Source of the DNA: Acidobacteriota bacterium
Lineage (GTDB): Bacteria; Acidobacteriota; UBA6911; RPQK01; JAJDTT01
NCBI GenBank assembly: GCA_965217775.1
Contig: CBDCJH010000002.1
Location: 3,552,001 to 3,616,000, forward strand
Reading direction: 5' to 3'
DNA: 64,000 nt
Positions 62,286-64,000 of the stretch are shown here, piece after piece. The notes under the pieces were generated by a model that was not told the DNA's origin, did no database searches, and saw only the letters and a list, made by a program, of their open reading frames with translations. A program made the position numbers and the translations under genes. Every line of letters begins with the position of its first letter. Positions within the stretch are counted from its first letter, which is position 1.

Positions 62286-62972
62286 CTATTCCTCCGTTCC
62301 CAGGTAGGATCGATCGACGCCCAGGAGAATCTTCAGGGAGAGTGAGACCACCCCCAGGCCGATGCCGATGGTGATGGCCCGGTTCCCCGCCAGATTGAAG
62401 ACGTTCATGATGGTCTCGGTGAGGTTGTCGAAGTGGAGCGCCTCCGGCAGCCACCCCGTCAGGGCCGTGCCGGCATAGGTCCGCCCCACCAGGACGATGA
62501 AGGCGGTCGAGAGCAGAATGAGGGCCTCGGCGTTCTTGGCCCGGAAGGCGCGAAACGCGGCGGAGGCGATGAAGCAGGCCAACAGGGCGAACATGGTGGC
62601 CCCCAGGGGATAGAAGGCATACTGGTAGACGAACCAGAAAAAGCTTCCCTCCTGAACGTAGTCCCCCGACCAGGCGAACTGGGAAAACTGGGGGCTGGGG
62701 TGGGCGCCCAGCTTGGCCATCCCGACGACCAGCGTCAGAAAGAAGGCGATGACGGTGACGGCCGCGTAGCCCCAGCCGGCCCTCCGGTACGAGATCTTCT
62801 GCAGGTTGAGCTTCACCAGGTTGGCGCCTCCCAGAATGAAGGCGATGGCGGCCAGGATGTCGAACCAGATCATGGCCTCTTCGCCCCAGGACTGGGTATA
62901 GGGAACGAAGTGGGCGCCGATGAGGACGAATCCCGTAACCGCGGCAATGAGCAGGGGAAGAGTTCTCTTCAT
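62286..62972 (-). CDS. Uncharacterised polytopic membrane protein
   Basis: About 6 TM; PL..TMFALLA.FIASAAFRAFR, AG.RAI.IG, L..LLG.DR.YLG. Confidence 0.85.
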   Translation of the reverse strand: MKRTLPLLIAAVTGFVLIGAHFVPYTQSWGEEAMIWFDILAAIAFILGGANLVKLNLQKISYRRAGWGYAAVTVIAFFLTLVVGMAKLGAHPSPQFSQFAWSGDYVQEGSFFWFVYQYAFYPLGATMFALLACFIASAAFRAFRAKNAEALILLSTAFIVLVGRTYAGTALTGWLPEALHFDNLTETIMNVFNLAGNRAITIGIGLGVVSLSLKILLGVDRSYLGTEE

Positions 62973-62984
62973 AGTGTGCTTTCC

Positions 62985-64000
62985 TTACCAGCCCTGGCTT
63001 CCCAGGACGTGATCGGTCAGATATGCCAGCATCTGGTTCAGCACCGCAGCATCGGTCAAGACCGCGGCAGTGGACAACAGGCATCCGACGACCACCAGCG
63101 TTCCTCCCAGGACCTTTCCCACGTCCTGGCCCTTGAGGCTGCCCAGTTGGTGGCTCTCCCCGGAGAGGTAGGCCGAGGCGGCGAACAGCTCCTCACCGAT
63201 GAGCGTGTAGTCGCACGCCGCCACGAAGAAGGGGAGCTGCGAGGGCATGGCGGTTCCGGCCACCTGGATGGCGCCGACGGCGTTGCCGGTCTCGGCCAGA
63301 ATCAGCGACTCGGCGAAGAAGGCGCCCATGTAGAAGCAGGCGGCCGGCCGTTCCCGGAGCATCTTACCGGTGACGCCGGCCACGTACCCGAACTGCTCGT
63401 CGGTCAGGTAGTAGACCGCGTCCTCGTTGAAGGCATCGGGACGGCCTGCCCCCAGATAGGCCGCCTCCACAGTTTCCCGGCAGGCCGTCATGACCAGGGA
63501 ACGGGAAGTGGGAACGTCCAGCCGGGCGTCGAATTCGGCTGTCAATCCGGCCACGTGCGACAGGACCGTGACGCCGGCGAGGGTCTGCATGTCGTTGATG
63601 TCCAGGATTCCGGGGACGAAGAGACAGGGACGCCCCATCTCGGTGGCCCGCCCCACGGCTTCGTCCACCGCTTCCAGTCCCGCGATCCGGCGGACCTTGA
63701 GTTCGCGTCCGCTCCGGGCCAGTTGGATGAAGTAGACGACGCTTCCCCCCACGATCAGCAGGATCACGCCGAACCAGAGTTGGGAGAAGTCGAAATACTG
63801 CATGACCGGCGTCACCGGCCCCCTCGTGGCGGCGGCGGGTGACCGTGCACCGTCCGGTCCAATGGCCACGACCTGGTAGAGGTAACTGGCTCCCGGCGTG
63901 CACCGGTCGTCCTTGAAGGACCGGGTCTGGTACGTCTCTTCTCCGATTTTGGTGAAGCTCTCCCCGGCCGCTTCCCGCCTCAGGATCTCGTAGGCGACGA
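62985..64000 (-). CDS. Fibronectin type III + DUF6754-like membrane protein (5' end outside window)
   Basis: Frame open to the window edge: YEILR...FKD....PG..Y.YQVVA (FN3-like), TM, RRIAGL.A.DEAVGRATEMGRP, CDY.LIGEELFAASAYL, C-terminal TM. Confidence 0.85.
   Translation of the reverse strand, partial: VAYEILRREAAGESFTKIGEETYQTRSFKDDRCTPGASYLYQVVAIGPDGARSPAAATRGPVTPVMQYFDFSQLWFGVILLIVGGSVVYFIQLARSGRELKVRRIAGLEAVDEAVGRATEMGRPCLFVPGILDINDMQTLAGVTVLSHVAGLTAEFDARLDVPTSRSLVMTACRETVEAAYLGAGRPDAFNEDAVYYLTDEQFGYVAGVTGKMLRERPAACFYMGAFFAESLILAETGNAVGAIQVAGTAMPSQLPFFVAACDYTLIGEELFAASAYLSGESHQLGSLKGQDVGKVLGGTLVVVGCLLSTAAVLTDAAVLNQMLAYLTDHVLGSQGW

Overview
High-GC bacterial chromosome segment. The Oar-like TonB receptor, Ser/Thr kinase-PD40 protein and TAT-exported glycosidases suggest Acidobacteriota (inference). 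Housekeeping and metabolic genes include SPFH/NfeD, aguB-aguA, ilvB, an xanthine dehydrogenase-family operon, pcm, a nucleotidyltransferase-GHMP kinase fusion with nagA, recQ, asd and a cyclophilin. Small accessory patches interrupt them: a VapBC/FitAB-type pair next to a duplicated aguA 3' end, a lower-GC ABC-ATPase + TOPRIM (DUF3226-like) island truncating an NTT-family transporter, a 2.7-kb patch of decayed toxin-antitoxin/restriction genes, and a truncated Fic toxin. Two MITE families with 4-bp target duplications, REP-like hairpins and a RAYT transposase are present. The window ends in a four-gene operon of uncharacterised membrane proteins (DUF6754-like), two of which look like opposite-topology paralogs; this is the best candidate for an undescribed system. 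No rRNA, tRNA or CRISPR array was seen. Family names come from recalled motifs, not database searches.
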